Source: Candidatus Oxydemutatoraceae bacterium
GTDB taxonomy: Bacteria > Pseudomonadota > Gammaproteobacteria > Poriferisulfidales > Oxydemutatoraceae
Direction of reading: 5' to 3'
Length of the DNA: 64,000 nucleotides
NCBI GenBank assembly: GCA_965219575.1
Contig: OZ244779.1
Location: 2,220,769-2,284,768 of the forward strand
Below, one piece after another: positions 1 through 10,915 of the stretch. Below the pieces are notes generated by a model. The model was given only the letters and a program-made list of their open reading frames with translations, ran no database searches and was not told the origin of the DNA. Within the stretch, counting starts at the first letter, position 1. Each line of letters starts with the position of its first letter. Made by a program: the position numbers and the translations under genes.

Positions 1-314
1 TTAACCAAATACTGTGCAATCAGCGGACGAGCAATAGAAGTTCCCAACAGGTACTCGCCTTCGTAAACCGTATTCGCTCGGAACATCGGAAACACAAAAT
101 CCCGTACGAAAATTTCCCGTAAGTCCTCCACAAAAACATCGGTAGCTCCCAGCATCTTCGCTTTATGCACCGCAGGTTGAAGTTCCTCGCCTTGTCCTAC
201 ATCTGCGATAAAGGCATAAACTTCGGCGCGGTATTCCTCTTGCAACCATTTGAGTATAATCGACGTATCCAGACCACCGGAATAAGCCAATACTATTTTA
301 GATATATCTGCCAT
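1..314 (-). CDS. argG: Argininosuccinate synthase (5' part; runs off the window edge)
   Basis: Manual translation from ATG at 314: [24 protein letters not shown]...[17 protein letters not shown]. Not in the ORF track. Confidence 0.95.
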   Translation of the reverse strand, partial: MADISKIVLAYSGGLDTSIILKWLQEEYRAEVYAFIADVGQGEELQPAVHKAKMLGATDVFVEDLREIFVRDFVFPMFRANTVYEGEYLLGTSIARPLIAQYLV

Positions 315-393
315 GGATGCTGCTCAAAATTTTTCGTAAAAAGCGACTCGGTTAATTTCAATCGGCATATTATAAGCCGTACTTATATATAAT

Positions 394-1437
394 GTGACTA
401 TGGTCACTCAAAAATTATACGAATTGACGATTTTTCAGCCGGACGATTGGCACTTGCATTTAAGAGACGGTCGCACGATGCAAACGGTTGCGCCGATTAG
501 TGCTACGATATTCAAACGGGCAATTATCATGCCCAATCTGGTGCCCCCCGTCACCACAGTCGCACAATGCCGAGCCTATAGAAATAGAATTATAGAAGCA
601 GTGCCGGAATTCGAGCCTTTGATGACTCTCTATATGACCGAAGACCTGTCGGCACAAACAATTAAGGATGCCGCAACTTGTGATTTTATTCACGGCGTTA
701 AACTATACCCCAGAGGGGTAACAACACATTCCAATCGAGGTGTTACATCGATTGAAGCGATACATCATGTTTTAGAAGCGATGCAACAATTCGATATGCC
801 GTTGTTGGTGCATGGAGAAAGTGCCGATGCATCTTTAGATGTATTTGATCGCGAGAAACATTTTATAGAACACACTTTTATGACTATGAGGAAACAATTC
901 CCCGAATTGAGAATCGTGTTTGAACACATCACAACGAGTGATGCCGTGCAATATGTGGAAGACAACGACGCATACATGGCGGCGACGATTACACCACATC
1001 ACTTGTTATACACGCGTAGCGATCTATTCGAGAGCGGATTACGCCCACATCGTTATTGTTTGCCGCTTCCACAACGCGAGCAACATCGTATAGCCTTAGT
1101 AGACGCTGCGTGTAGCGGTCGGAAGTGCTTTTTCTTAGGTACCGATAGCGCACCGCACGCTCGCTCGGAAAAAGAAAGTAGCTGTGGCTGTGCAGGTGTA
1201 TTCAATGCACCGGTGGCAATGGGGGTCTACGCACGGATATTCGAGGAAAATCAAAAGCTGGATAGACTGGAACAATTCGCTTGCATCAACGGGCCGCGTT
1301 TTTATAAGCTACCGATCAATAAAAAGCAAATTAAACTAGTCAAGAGAACGGCACGCGTCGCAAAAACTATCGGCGACGAAGAGATCGTGCCCATGTTGGC
1401 AGGACAAGAACTTGAATGGAGTATCGAAAATGGATAA
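394..1437 (+). CDS. pyrC: Dihydroorotase, homodimeric type
   Basis: PDDWHLHLRDG, IMPNLVPP, KLYP, FEHITT, FLGTDSAPH, KESSCGCAG motifs. Confidence 0.97.
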   Translation: MTMVTQKLYELTIFQPDDWHLHLRDGRTMQTVAPISATIFKRAIIMPNLVPPVTTVAQCRAYRNRIIEAVPEFEPLMTLYMTEDLSAQTIKDAATCDFIHGVKLYPRGVTTHSNRGVTSIEAIHHVLEAMQQFDMPLLVHGESADASLDVFDREKHFIEHTFMTMRKQFPELRIVFEHITTSDAVQYVEDNDAYMAATITPHHLLYTRSDLFESGLRPHRYCLPLPQREQHRIALVDAACSGRKCFFLGTDSAPHARSEKESSCGCAGVFNAPVAMGVYARIFEENQKLDRLEQFACINGPRFYKLPINKKQIKLVKRTARVAKTIGDEEIVPMLAGQELEWSIENG

Positions 1438-2098
1438 TCCGACTTTGGTGAAGGTGAACATAGACACCAAGCGTATCGAGCAGATAAATTGGATGCAGGA
1501 GAGATTTCGCTCCTTTTTACCGGTGGTGGTTGATATAGAAACCGGTGGATGCAACGAAAAAACCGATGCCTTATTGGAACTTGCAGCGATTGTCATCGGT
1601 GTCGATCAAGACTTTAATCTGTATAAAGAGAAAACTATACATTATCATATAAAACCGTTTGAAGGAGCCAACATAGATAACGAGGCTTTGAAGGTTAACG
1701 GCATTAACCCCTATAGTGCTTTGCGCTTGGCACTCGACGAGCGCGAAGTACTGAATACAACTTTTAGGAAAATACGAGAATCTCTCAAAAATTATCAGTG
1801 TACACGAGCAATTCTCGTCGGACACAATTCTTTCTTCGACCTCAAATTTATGAACGAAGCAATCGGTCGCTGCAAAATTAGAAACAATCCTTTCCATAAA
1901 TTTAGTAGTCTCGATACTGCTACTCTGGGCGCACTCGCATATCAAAATACCGTACTAGCGAGGATTGCCGAAGCGGCCGGTTATGAATGGGACTCCGACT
2001 CGGCACATTCGGCACTCTACGATGCGCAAGTTACGGCAAATATATTTTGTGAGATCTTCAATTCTTACGATACGCTGATGCCACGGGTGTCGGATTGA
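1430..2098 (+). CDS. rnt: Ribonuclease T
   Basis: RFRSFLPVVVDIETGG, LVGHN..FD, PFH.FS.LDTATL, AHSALYD; follows pyrC; ATG at 1430. Confidence 0.95.
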   Translation: MDNPTLVKVNIDTKRIEQINWMQERFRSFLPVVVDIETGGCNEKTDALLELAAIVIGVDQDFNLYKEKTIHYHIKPFEGANIDNEALKVNGINPYSALRLALDEREVLNTTFRKIRESLKNYQCTRAILVGHNSFFDLKFMNEAIGRCKIRNNPFHKFSSLDTATLGALAYQNTVLARIAEAAGYEWDSDSAHSALYDAQVTANIFCEIFNSYDTLMPRVSD

Positions 2099-2141
2099 TT
2101 TCATATCGCTTTCACGGACAAGCAATCAACGCACGAAAACA

Positions 2142-2696
2142 TTGTACAAAAAATTATCGTTTATCGCATATTGCACCTTACTGAGCTCGGTCGCTATGCT
2201 CGGTGCCTCCTTACAATCCGACTTTAAGATAGACAACAGAGCTATATCCGAAAATCAAAACGACAGCCAATTCGAAGACGCAACGATTAACGCATACGAC
2301 GATACAACAAACTTACTCTACCGTCTAAGTAGCCCGATCATATATTACCGCCAAAGCACGGGCTTCGAGTTCGAACAACCTGAGTTTAGCTATCAAACTT
2401 CGGCGAAAGTGCCGTTGCAGCTTTCGGCAAAAAAAGGATCCATGGAAAATAACTCTGCGCTTATTGAACTGCTGGGAGATGTTAATCTGTTCCACATTAA
2501 TCCGGATAACAACATGCCCGAGTATCTATACACCGACGACACGACAGTTGACCTTAATCGAAAGACAGCCTACACCGACAACAAGGCGACTTTCCGCAGA
2601 CATAAAAGAATAACCGAAGGCACCGGAATGATAGTAGACTTAGAGGCGCAAACGATTAAACTCAAATCCAATATCAAGGTGTTAAATGTTCCTTAA
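2142..2696 (+). CDS. lptC: LPS export protein LptC
   Basis: N-terminal hydrophobic anchor, beta-jellyroll-like C-terminus (G.GMIVDL...IKL); upstream of lptA/lptB. Confidence 0.75.
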   Translation: MYKKLSFIAYCTLLSSVAMLGASLQSDFKIDNRAISENQNDSQFEDATINAYDDTTNLLYRLSSPIIYYRQSTGFEFEQPEFSYQTSAKVPLQLSAKKGSMENNSALIELLGDVNLFHINPDNNMPEYLYTDDTTVDLNRKTAYTDNKATFRRHKRITEGTGMIVDLEAQTIKLKSNIKVLNVP

Positions 2697-3195
2697 ATTC
2701 AAAACGGCAATGCGAGGTGGAAAAAATAATATTGTCTTAGCAATGCTATGCTCGGTATTGTTGTCCGTCGGAGATATCAGCCGCGCCGACGACACATTGG
2801 AACTGGAAGCCGATCGCGCGAGCTACGACAACAAAACCGGTGTTGCCATCTATCACGGCAACGTTAGAATCTCTCAAGGGAATATCGTGTTGAAAGGCGA
2901 TGTGGTTGAAGTGCATACTGTCGATGACGAAGTTAGCAAACTGATTGCCACCGCCAACCCGAGCCGATTGATACGCCAAGACGAACAACATGCGATAGAA
3001 GCCGAAGCACAACGGATTGAATATAGAATGGCACAAGGTATCGTCGACTTTTTGGGTAAAGTTAGAATCAAAGAAGCCGGCAAATTATTGACCGGGGATC
3101 ATGCGACCTACGACATACGAAAAAAAACCGTCAATATGGAAAAAAAGGAAAATCGAGTCAAACTCATCATTCAACCCAAAACAAAAACACCTTAG
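2686..3195 (+). CDS. lptA: LPS transport periplasmic protein LptA
   Basis: Signal peptide; EADRASYD..TGVAIYHGNVRISQG; operon position. Confidence 0.9.
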   Translation: MFLKFKTAMRGGKNNIVLAMLCSVLLSVGDISRADDTLELEADRASYDNKTGVAIYHGNVRISQGNIVLKGDVVEVHTVDDEVSKLIATANPSRLIRQDEQHAIEAEAQRIEYRMAQGIVDFLGKVRIKEAGKLLTGDHATYDIRKKTVNMEKKENRVKLIIQPKTKTP

Positions 3196-3214
3196 ACAAA
3201 CACCGTCCCCCGAC

Positions 3215-3958
3215 ATGAATCTCGCAAACGATGCCGACCGACTGGAGTTAATAAATTTAGCTAAGAAATACAAACACCTGCAAGCGGTAAAATCGGTTTC
3301 CTTAGAACTCCGCACCCGAGAAATAGTAGGGCTACTAGGACCTAACGGCTCGGGCAAAACAACTACTTTTCATATCATCGTGGGGTTGCTCAAGGCGGAC
3401 AACGGGCATATTAAATTAAACGGATATGAGATCTCCGAACTGCCGGTACATCGGCGCGCCCGACTGGGTATAGGCTATCTGCCGCAAGCTGCCTCGGTAT
3501 TTAGAAAATTAACCGTAGAAGAGAATATCATGGCAGCTATAGAAATTCAGCCGCATTTAAGTGATCGCGAAAAAGCGCATAGAGTCGAAAAACTGATAGA
3601 CGAATTGCAGCTACACGGGGTACGCAAGCAAGCGGCAATATCGCTATCGGGAGGAGAACGACGACGCGTTGAGATTGCGCGATTGCTTGCGATAGAACCG
3701 ACCTTTATGTTGCTGGACGAACCCTTCGCCGGCATAGACCCGATATCTATCAGCGAAGTACAAAAACTAACCTTGCGATTCAAGGCGCAGGGAATCGGCT
3801 TGTTGATTACCGATCACAATGTGCGCGAAACATTAAAGATTTGCGACCGTGCCTATATCATACACTCCGGCGAAGTGCTAACCCAAGGGGTACCCGAGGA
3901 TATCCTGCGAAACAAAACAGTTCGGGATATTTATTTGGGCTCGGATTTCGAGCAATAA
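3215..3958 (+). CDS. lptB: LPS export ABC ATPase LptB
   Basis: GLLGPNGSGKTT, LSGGERRRVEIAR, LLDEPFAGIDPI, ITDHNVRETL, YLG; likely ATG at 3215. Confidence 0.97.
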   Translation: MNLANDADRLELINLAKKYKHLQAVKSVSLELRTREIVGLLGPNGSGKTTTFHIIVGLLKADNGHIKLNGYEISELPVHRRARLGIGYLPQAASVFRKLTVEENIMAAIEIQPHLSDREKAHRVEKLIDELQLHGVRKQAAISLSGGERRRVEIARLLAIEPTFMLLDEPFAGIDPISISEVQKLTLRFKAQGIGLLITDHNVRETLKICDRAYIIHSGEVLTQGVPEDILRNKTVRDIYLGSDFEQ

Positions 3959-4010
3959 TCCGGTCGTCGTAAACTACGAATCGCAGGGAAGTTTAGTGCT
4001 TGGATCGATA

Positions 4011-4496
4011 CAATCGCTTTGCGCCACCCGATCATGGTTTCCATATATCAAATGGAGGAATGTATAAAATAGTGCTAATATGACGAGGCTGTTGAAAAAG
4101 TATCGTCGGCGTGCAACCGTAACCGCTTGCGCCGTGAATTTATTTATAATAACCACCAAGCCGTAGGGCCAGTGTAAAGCCGCCGATTGAACCGGTAGGT
4201 CAATCGGCAATTCTGATGTCTGCCATTAGGTACCGTTCTGCACGACATCAACCGCTTGCGCCATATGGTTTGGTTTCCATAAATCGGGTGAATGAATGTA
4301 TAAATCATGCCGACCAACGCGTCACGGGCAGAATAGAGCCGCCGATTGAGCCGGTAGGTCAATCGGCAATTCCATTGTAGTCCGCCCCTACGGCGGTTTG
4401 CAAATGTTCACGGCGCAAGCGGTTGGTGTTGTGTAAAAACAATACTTTTTCAACAGCCCCTACGCTGCGCCTGCCACCCCTACAAGGAGGGGAATA
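4011..4496. repeat. Composite palindromic repeat array (MITE/REP-like family)
   Basis: GGCTGTTGAAAAAG (~4087) ... CTTTTTCAACAGCCCC (~4445-4460), AACCGCTTGCGCC, GCCGATTGA..TCAATCGGC hairpins, CCCCT..AGGGG module. Confidence 0.9.
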
Positions 4497-4503
4497 GTTT
4501 CTA

Positions 4504-4588
4504 TGGTGCCGATGGCCGGACTCGAACCGGCACGGCTATTGCCACTGCCCCCTCAAGACAGCGTGTCTACCAGTTCCACCACATCGGC
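4504..4588 (-). tRNA. tRNA-Leu(GAG)
   Basis: Minus strand GCCGATGTGGTGGAACTGGTAGACACGCTGTCTTGAGGGGGCAGTGG...GGTTCGAGTCCGGCCATCGGCACCA; long variable arm; usual position after secG. Confidence 0.96.
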
Positions 4589-4633
4589 ATCGTTTACTTC
4601 ATAGCTAAAAAATACTTAAAGTTTTCTCGAACA

Positions 4634-5131
4634 TTAAGGATTCTCGTTGGTTGGAACATCCGACGGCGGTTCTGTTTCGGCTTCGGTTTCTTGAACGGGT
4701 TCCTCTAGAGTAGGAATATCGGAGGTATCATCCTCAACTTCCGTCCCCATAATCTCGTCGGGTATATCGTCTATCAATTCGTCGACGAATATCTCGTCGT
4801 CTACGGGTAAGTCATCCTCGCCGTCGATAAAAAGATCATCTATGGCCGGATCTTCGGTTTCGGTTACTTCCTGCAATATCACGCTACCGCTTCCGAAATC
4901 ACGGTTGGCAATATAAGCTAGACTGAGGCTATTCAGTATAAATACGAACGAAAGCGACGCAATCAACTTGGTCAAAAAGGATGTAGAACTTCGGGAGCCG
5001 GACATAGTAGCAGAAGTACTACCGGTGAAAACGGCACCCGCTTCGGAGCCTCGCCCGCGATGCAGCAAAATCAATACCACGATGATAATTGAAAGTATGG
5101 TCTCTAATCCGAGTAAAAAATTGTATAGCAT
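4634..5131 (-). CDS. secG: Preprotein translocase SecG with a long acidic tail
   Basis: ILLHRGRGSEAGAVF..S.SFLTKL; two TM segments; tpiA-secG-tRNA-Leu synteny. Confidence 0.9.
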   Translation of the reverse strand: MLYNFLLGLETILSIIIVVLILLHRGRGSEAGAVFTGSTSATMSGSRSSTSFLTKLIASLSFVFILNSLSLAYIANRDFGSGSVILQEVTETEDPAIDDLFIDGEDDLPVDDEIFVDELIDDIPDEIMGTEVEDDTSDIPTLEEPVQETEAETEPPSDVPTNENP

Positions 5132-5139
5132 AAATACAC

Positions 5140-5910
5140 CTAGTCAGTTTGTTCCTTTGTTTCTTCTAAAATTTTGCATATTTGTAAAAAATCTTCGGCT
5201 TTAAGCGACGCACCGCCGACTAATCCTCCGTCTATATCGCACTCGGCAAACAATGCCTCTGCATTACTCGGATTGACACTACCGCCGTATATAACCCTAA
5301 TACCGTCCGCCGCTTCACCCAGGCAATCGGTTAATTGCCTGCGCAAAAAGTTATGCGTTTGCTGTGCCTGTTCGGGTGTGGCATTCTTTCCCGTGCCTAT
5401 CGCCCAAATCGGTTCGTATGCTAACACAAACGACCGGCTTTTGAGAACCGACGCAACAGCCGATAATTGTCGGCTCAACACCGTTTCGGTCTGCGAACGC
5501 TCGCGTTGTTGCAAAGTCTCTCCCACACAAAATATAGGTGTCAAACCACATTCAACAGCCCTTCTCAGCTTTCCGAGAAGCTGTGAATCGTCTTCCGCAT
5601 ACAGAGTGCGTCGTTCGGAATGTCCGATAATAACATATTCACAGCCCAAATCTCTAAGCATTTCTGCCGAAACTTCTCCGGTATAGGCACCGGGTTCATG
5701 GGTGCTTAAGTTTTGCGCACCCACCGCAACTTGCTTCTCTTCACACAGCGCAAGCAGTTGTGGGATGTAGGGGAACGGTGGACAAACGACCGAATGTATG
5801 TTTTCCGGCAACCGACCGGAACAAAACCGCGCTGCCCATATCTTATTTTCCTCGAAGCTACCGTGCGACTTCCAATTAGCGATCGCAATGGGCTTGATCG
5901 CCGATTGCAT
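5140..5910 (-). CDS. tpiA: Triosephosphate isomerase
   Basis: ANWK, GAYTGEVS, IGHSERR, AYEPIWAIGTG, YGGSV, GGLVGGASL. Confidence 0.98.
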   Translation of the reverse strand: MQSAIKPIAIANWKSHGSFEENKIWAARFCSGRLPENIHSVVCPPFPYIPQLLALCEEKQVAVGAQNLSTHEPGAYTGEVSAEMLRDLGCEYVIIGHSERRTLYAEDDSQLLGKLRRAVECGLTPIFCVGETLQQRERSQTETVLSRQLSAVASVLKSRSFVLAYEPIWAIGTGKNATPEQAQQTHNFLRRQLTDCLGEAADGIRVIYGGSVNPSNAEALFAECDIDGGLVGGASLKAEDFLQICKILEETKEQTD

Positions 5911-7271
5911 TAGGGGGTACTTGGCAAATGTCGGCGCGCAGCGTCGGCGATACGATCAGCCCACAATCGGCTGGTATCTTCGGTATGCGATTCAACCATA
6001 ATACGCAACACCGGTTCGGTACCCGACGGTCTAATCAGCACCCGTCCTTCTTTATCCAAGGCTTTGCACGCCTGATCGATAACACGCTCAATTTCCGGAT
6101 CGATTTTCGGCATATCGCCGTTGCGAGGTTTGTCAATTGAGACATTGATCAGTGCTTGCGGATATTTTTCCATAGGTGCGGTTGCATCCGCCAAAGTGCG
6201 GTCGTCCAATATCAATGCTTGCAACACAAGTAACGAGGCAATAATCGCATCACCGGTAGTCATCTTATCCAAACATACGATATGACCCGAGGTCTCTCCG
6301 CCCAATGACCACTGCTTTTGCTTCAGCATCTGCAGCACATGTCGGTCGCCTACCTCGGCGCGCACAAACGGAATGCGACATTCGGCTAGCGTAAGTTCCA
6401 ACCCTAGATTACTCATTTTGGTACCGACCACTCCGCCGTTTAGATAATTCTTTCGGTGTGCGTGATCGGCGAGTACGAACAATAGTTGATCGCCGTCTAT
6501 GAGGTTGCCCGAAGCATCTACCATTAACAAACGGTCGCCGTCGCCGTCAAAGGCGATACCCAAATCGGCTTCATTTTCAATAACCTGACGTTGCAACATT
6601 TGCGGATGCATCGTTCCCACGCCGTCGTTGATGTTGAAACCGTTAGGTTTTGCGCCTATCACTTCTAAATCGGCACCCAACTCGGAATAAACTCTAGGTG
6701 CAATGTGATAGCTTGCACCGTGCGCACAGTCGATTACTATTTTGATTCCGTTCAAGTTCACCCCGGATGTCAGGGCGCGTTTACAAAAATTCACATAAAG
6801 ATTTTCCGCCTCCGAAACACGAAAGGCTTTTCCTAAACTCGATATATCTATATCTTCGAGCGGCTGCTTCAAACAATGTGCTATTTCATATTCCTGAGTG
6901 TCGGAAAGTTTAGTCGCACGATTGGAAAATATTTTAATCCCGTTATCGTGATACGGGTTGTGCGACGCGCTGATGACAATGCCCGCACAGGCTTTCAGTG
7001 CTTGGGTTAAATAGGCGATACCGGGTGTCGGGAAAGGTCCTAGCAGGCCGATATCGGCACCGGCAGACGACAACCCTGCCTCTAACGCCGATTCGAACAT
7101 ATAACCGGAAATGCGGGTGTCCTTGCCTACCAGTACTTTTGCGTTATGTTCGGCACCTAAAGTCTTGCCGATTGCCCAGCCTAATTTAAGTACGGTATTG
7201 GGATCCATCGGTGGTTGACCTACGCGCCCGCGAATGCCATCGGTACCGAAAAACCTAGTTGCCGAAGCCAT
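5910..7271 (-). CDS. glmM: Phosphoglucosamine mutase
   Basis: FGTDGIRG, GKDTRISGY, ISASHNP, FDGDGDR, RPSGTEP. Confidence 0.97.
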   Translation of the reverse strand: MASATRFFGTDGIRGRVGQPPMDPNTVLKLGWAIGKTLGAEHNAKVLVGKDTRISGYMFESALEAGLSSAGADIGLLGPFPTPGIAYLTQALKACAGIVISASHNPYHDNGIKIFSNRATKLSDTQEYEIAHCLKQPLEDIDISSLGKAFRVSEAENLYVNFCKRALTSGVNLNGIKIVIDCAHGASYHIAPRVYSELGADLEVIGAKPNGFNINDGVGTMHPQMLQRQVIENEADLGIAFDGDGDRLLMVDASGNLIDGDQLLFVLADHAHRKNYLNGGVVGTKMSNLGLELTLAECRIPFVRAEVGDRHVLQMLKQKQWSLGGETSGHIVCLDKMTTGDAIIASLLVLQALILDDRTLADATAPMEKYPQALINVSIDKPRNGDMPKIDPEIERVIDQACKALDKEGRVLIRPSGTEPVLRIMVESHTEDTSRLWADRIADAARRHLPSTP

Positions 7272-7327
7272 ACACTTCGCCCATCAACGCATAAACATAT
7301 AAACCTTAGGTGTAAAAACAAGCCGTT

Positions 7328-9256
7328 CTAGTGAGAACTTGCCGGCCCTCCTATTTTACCCTCGCTTCGCCGATTTCTTTGTCTCGCTTTTCTGGGCGGC
7401 GTTCTATCTATATCACCGTCGTCGGACCATCCCGCCGGCGGACGCGGTGCTTTGCCTTCCATAATATCGTCGATTTGATTGCTGTCTATGGTCTCGTATT
7501 TCATGAGTGCTTCCGCCATCAAGTGCAATTTGTCCATATTCTCTTCGAGAATGCTCTTGGTGCGCTCGTAGTTTTCGGAAATGATGCGCGATGTTTCTTC
7601 GTCTATGTTCTTTGCGGTTTGATCCGAGAACATTTTCGGTTGATGCGCCATTCTGTTTCCTAAAAACGGATGCCCTTCTTCCTCGCTGTAGTTTAAGGGT
7701 CCCATACGATCGGATAAACCCCATCTGGTAACCATGTTACGCGCAATGTCGGTTGCCCGTTCTATATCGTTGGAAGCACCCGTGGTCACCGAGTCCGAAC
7801 CGAAAATCAATTCTTCCGCAACCCGACCACCGAACAAGCTGGATATTTGGCTATTGAGACGCTGACGCGTGTGGCTATAGCGATCTTCTTCCGGTAGAAA
7901 CATCGTCACACCTAAGGCTCTACCTCTAGGAATAATCGTTACCTTATATACCGGGTCGTGCGACGGCACCAAGCGACCTACGATGGCATGTCCCGACTCG
8001 TGGTACGCGGTTAATTTCTTTTCCTCTTCGCTCATCACCATAGACTTGCGCTCCGCTCCCATCATAATTTTATCTTTGGCGCGCTCAAAATCTTCCATCT
8101 CTACATATTCCTTGTCATAACGGGCAGCGAACAAGGAGGCTTCGTTGACCAGGTTGGCAAGGTCGGCTCCCGAAAAGCCCGGCGTGCCGCGTGCCAAATA
8201 GTCCGACTTTACATCGTCCGCCAACGGCACCTTGCGCATGTGTACTTTTAGAATCTGCTCTCGGCCGCGTACATCGGGCAGCGGTACTACGACCTGTCTA
8301 TCGAAACGCCCCGGCCTCAGCAAAGCCGGATCCAACACATCAGGACGGTTGGTGGCAGCGATTACGATGATGCCTTCGTTACCTTCAAAACCGTCCATCT
8401 CGACGAGCAACTGATTGAGAGTTTGTTCGCGTTCGTCGTGTCCGCCGCCTAAACCTGTTCCACGATGACGACCGACTGCATCGATCTCGTCTATGAATAT
8501 AATGCAAGGCGATTGTTTCTTCGCCTGCGCAAACATATCTCTAACTCTGGAGGCACCGACACCGACGAACATTTCCACAAAGTCCGAACCCGAGATAGAG
8601 AAATACGGAACCTTAGCTTCTCCGGCGATAGCCCTGGCTAGAAGGGTTTTGCCGGTACCCGGCGACCCCACCATCATCACGCCTCTGGGAATACGACCGC
8701 CCAGCTTCTGGAACTTATCGGGGTCTCTTAAGAAGTCCACCAATTCCAGAACTTCTTCTTTGGCTTCCTCCACACCGGCGACATCCTTGAATGTTACCTT
8801 GATCTGATCCTCTTCCATCAAACGCGCACGGCTTTTGCCGAAAGACATTGCACCACCGCGTCCGATACTGCCTTGCATTTGACGCATAAAGAAAATCCAC
8901 ACTCCGATTAGTAGCAACATCGGGAACCAGCTGATTAAAATATCAACCAACAACGAGGGCTTCTCTATCGGTTTGGTCATAACCTCTACATTGTTTTCCA
9001 GTAATTGGGTTACGAGTTGCGGATCTTGCGGCATATATGTGACAAAGCGTCGGTTGTCTACATAATATCCGGTAATCGTTCGGTTGTCGGGATCGATCTC
9101 TGCGCTACGCACTTGCTGGTTCTCTACATCTGCGATAAACCTCGAGTAAGAGATATCCGACAGCGGCTCTCTTTTAGCAACAAAGGTATTAAAGACCGCC
9201 ATCATAACGGCGGAGATGATAATCCACAAAACTAGGTTTTTTAAAAAGTCACTCAT
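7328..9256 (-). CDS. ftsH: ATP-dependent Zn metalloprotease FtsH
   Basis: Two TMs, [27 protein letters not shown] zinc motif. Confidence 0.99.
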   Translation of the reverse strand: MSDFLKNLVLWIIISAVMMAVFNTFVAKREPLSDISYSRFIADVENQQVRSAEIDPDNRTITGYYVDNRRFVTYMPQDPQLVTQLLENNVEVMTKPIEKPSLLVDILISWFPMLLLIGVWIFFMRQMQGSIGRGGAMSFGKSRARLMEEDQIKVTFKDVAGVEEAKEEVLELVDFLRDPDKFQKLGGRIPRGVMMVGSPGTGKTLLARAIAGEAKVPYFSISGSDFVEMFVGVGASRVRDMFAQAKKQSPCIIFIDEIDAVGRHRGTGLGGGHDEREQTLNQLLVEMDGFEGNEGIIVIAATNRPDVLDPALLRPGRFDRQVVVPLPDVRGREQILKVHMRKVPLADDVKSDYLARGTPGFSGADLANLVNEASLFAARYDKEYVEMEDFERAKDKIMMGAERKSMVMSEEEKKLTAYHESGHAIVGRLVPSHDPVYKVTIIPRGRALGVTMFLPEEDRYSHTRQRLNSQISSLFGGRVAEELIFGSDSVTTGASNDIERATDIARNMVTRWGLSDRMGPLNYSEEEGHPFLGNRMAHQPKMFSDQTAKNIDEETSRIISENYERTKSILEENMDKLHLMAEALMKYETIDSNQIDDIMEGKAPRPPAGWSDDGDIDRTPPRKARQRNRRSEGKIGGPASSH

Positions 9257-9413
9257 TACTCAGCTCTCATATACAATCTTCGGTGGGTTCTAAACTCGTA
9301 AAGTTTATCATATCTAAACCTCAAACAATAAAATAATAATTTATTAAAACAGTTTGCTTAAGCTAACTATACATTCCTTTCGTTTTTGCCGTGAAAAATT
9401 TCCGACGAACGGT

Positions 9414-10229
9414 CTATTTTATCGGATAAAAAAGCTGTTTCCCCTTAACACGAAAAGATGCTATCAGCGCAAGACCTCGCGACGAAAGCAACCAGCGGTA
9501 AAAACGGCGCGCGTCTCGGAAGTTGATTTCCGGCCATCGTTCGGGATTAACCAGTATAACGCTGTAGAAGTTATACAACAACGGGTCGTTTTCTTTGACG
9601 ATTACCAGATTGTCCCTATTGTTGAAGCTAATCCATGTGGAACGATCGGCCAAAGTGTAAGCGGATAACTCGTTTGCGATATTCAATGTCGCCCCCATAC
9701 CGGCACCGACCTCTCGATACCATGCGCCGGGCGCACTGATGTCTACACCCGATAAAGCCCATAGGGACAACTCCTTTTTATGCGTACCGCTGTCGTCGCC
9801 GCGCGAGATAAAAGGTGCGGCGTTGCCGGCGATCATTTGCATTGCTTGTGCGATGCGAGTCGTCTCGCTACGCCTTATTCCTATGGTGTCTTGCTCGGGA
9901 CCCACGAGTATGTAATCGTTGTACATAAAGGTGTGCCGATCTATGCCGTAGCCGGAGTCTACGAGAGCTAGTTCCGACTGTTCGTCGTGCACGATTAGCA
10001 AATCGGCATCGCCTTGTTCGGCGATTTTTAGGGCGCGACCGGTGCCGACCGCAACCACATCCACTTTGATACCGGTCTCGGCGGTAAACTCGGGAAGCAA
10101 ATACTCGTACAAACCGGAATTATCGGTAGATGTCGTGGAAGCCAATACGACGCGACGCACTTCGGCTTGTGCGAAAGTGTTCAGTGCTAAAACAGCGACT
10201 AAAATTCTTGCGATTTGATGAATGTACAT
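9414..10229 (-). CDS. tupA: Tungstate ABC transporter substrate-binding protein
   Basis: ASTTSTDNSGL, AVGTGRAL, SRGDDSGTHKKE signatures. Confidence 0.9.
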   Translation of the reverse strand: MYIHQIARILVAVLALNTFAQAEVRRVVLASTTSTDNSGLYEYLLPEFTAETGIKVDVVAVGTGRALKIAEQGDADLLIVHDEQSELALVDSGYGIDRHTFMYNDYILVGPEQDTIGIRRSETTRIAQAMQMIAGNAAPFISRGDDSGTHKKELSLWALSGVDISAPGAWYREVGAGMGATLNIANELSAYTLADRSTWISFNNRDNLVIVKENDPLLYNFYSVILVNPERWPEINFRDARRFYRWLLSSRGLALIASFRVKGKQLFYPIK

Positions 10230-10900
10230 ATCTTCTGCTCGGTTGCTTTTGCAAAAAAATCATCGTTGCTCAAATGGCACAACAGTTTTCCTTGATCCAT
10301 AAATACGACCTCGTCGCATAATCTTTTTACTTGCGCCAAATTATGCGTTGCAATCATTATTTTTATACCGCTACGCTGCATATTTTTGATAATGCCCTCG
10401 ACCGCAGTTGCCGAATGTATATCGAGATCGGTAGTCGGTTCGTCCATCAGGATCACCGACGGGCGCAATGCCCAGGCGCGGGCGATAGCAAGACGACGCT
10501 GCTGTCCGCCCGATAACACATGCGCCTGACATTCCTTGTATTCGGTCATGCCGACTTGCTCTAGAGCTTCCAGTACGCGTGCAGCGCGCGCCACTTTCGG
10601 TAGACCTTGTAAGTGCAAAGCATGATCTATATTGTGATAAGCACTGCGTCGCAACAAAACCGGTTTTTGGAATACCATCGTGATTGCACCTCGCCAAGCA
10701 CTCGGCGGACGCACATCCCATAACACTTGCCCACCACTCGGGTCGAGCAAGCCGTGGCATAAGTAAAGTAGCAAGGTCTTGCCCGCACCATTCTCACCCA
10801 ATAGAGCGGTGCAGTGTTGCGTAGCACTATGCAGGTCAATCTCGTCGATTAAACGGCGATTACCGATATCGTAGCTGAGGCGGTGCAGTTGAAGTTCCAT
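10199..10900 (-). CDS. tupC: Tungstate ABC transporter ATPase
   Basis: GENGAGKT, VFQKPVLLRRS, LSGGQQ, DEPT; between tupB and tupA. Confidence 0.85.
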   Translation of the reverse strand: MELQLHRLSYDIGNRRLIDEIDLHSATQHCTALLGENGAGKTLLLYLCHGLLDPSGGQVLWDVRPPSAWRGAITMVFQKPVLLRRSAYHNIDHALHLQGLPKVARAARVLEALEQVGMTEYKECQAHVLSGGQQRRLAIARAWALRPSVILMDEPTTDLDIHSATAVEGIIKNMQRSGIKIMIATHNLAQVKRLCDEVVFMDQGKLLCHLSNDDFFAKATEQKICTFIKSQEF

Positions 10901-10915
10901 CGTCTTTATCGGTAA

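Noticed and set aside
4504-4588. tRNA-Leu as an integration site for an island or prophage
   Set aside because: No integrase and no duplicated tRNA 3' end seen in the window.
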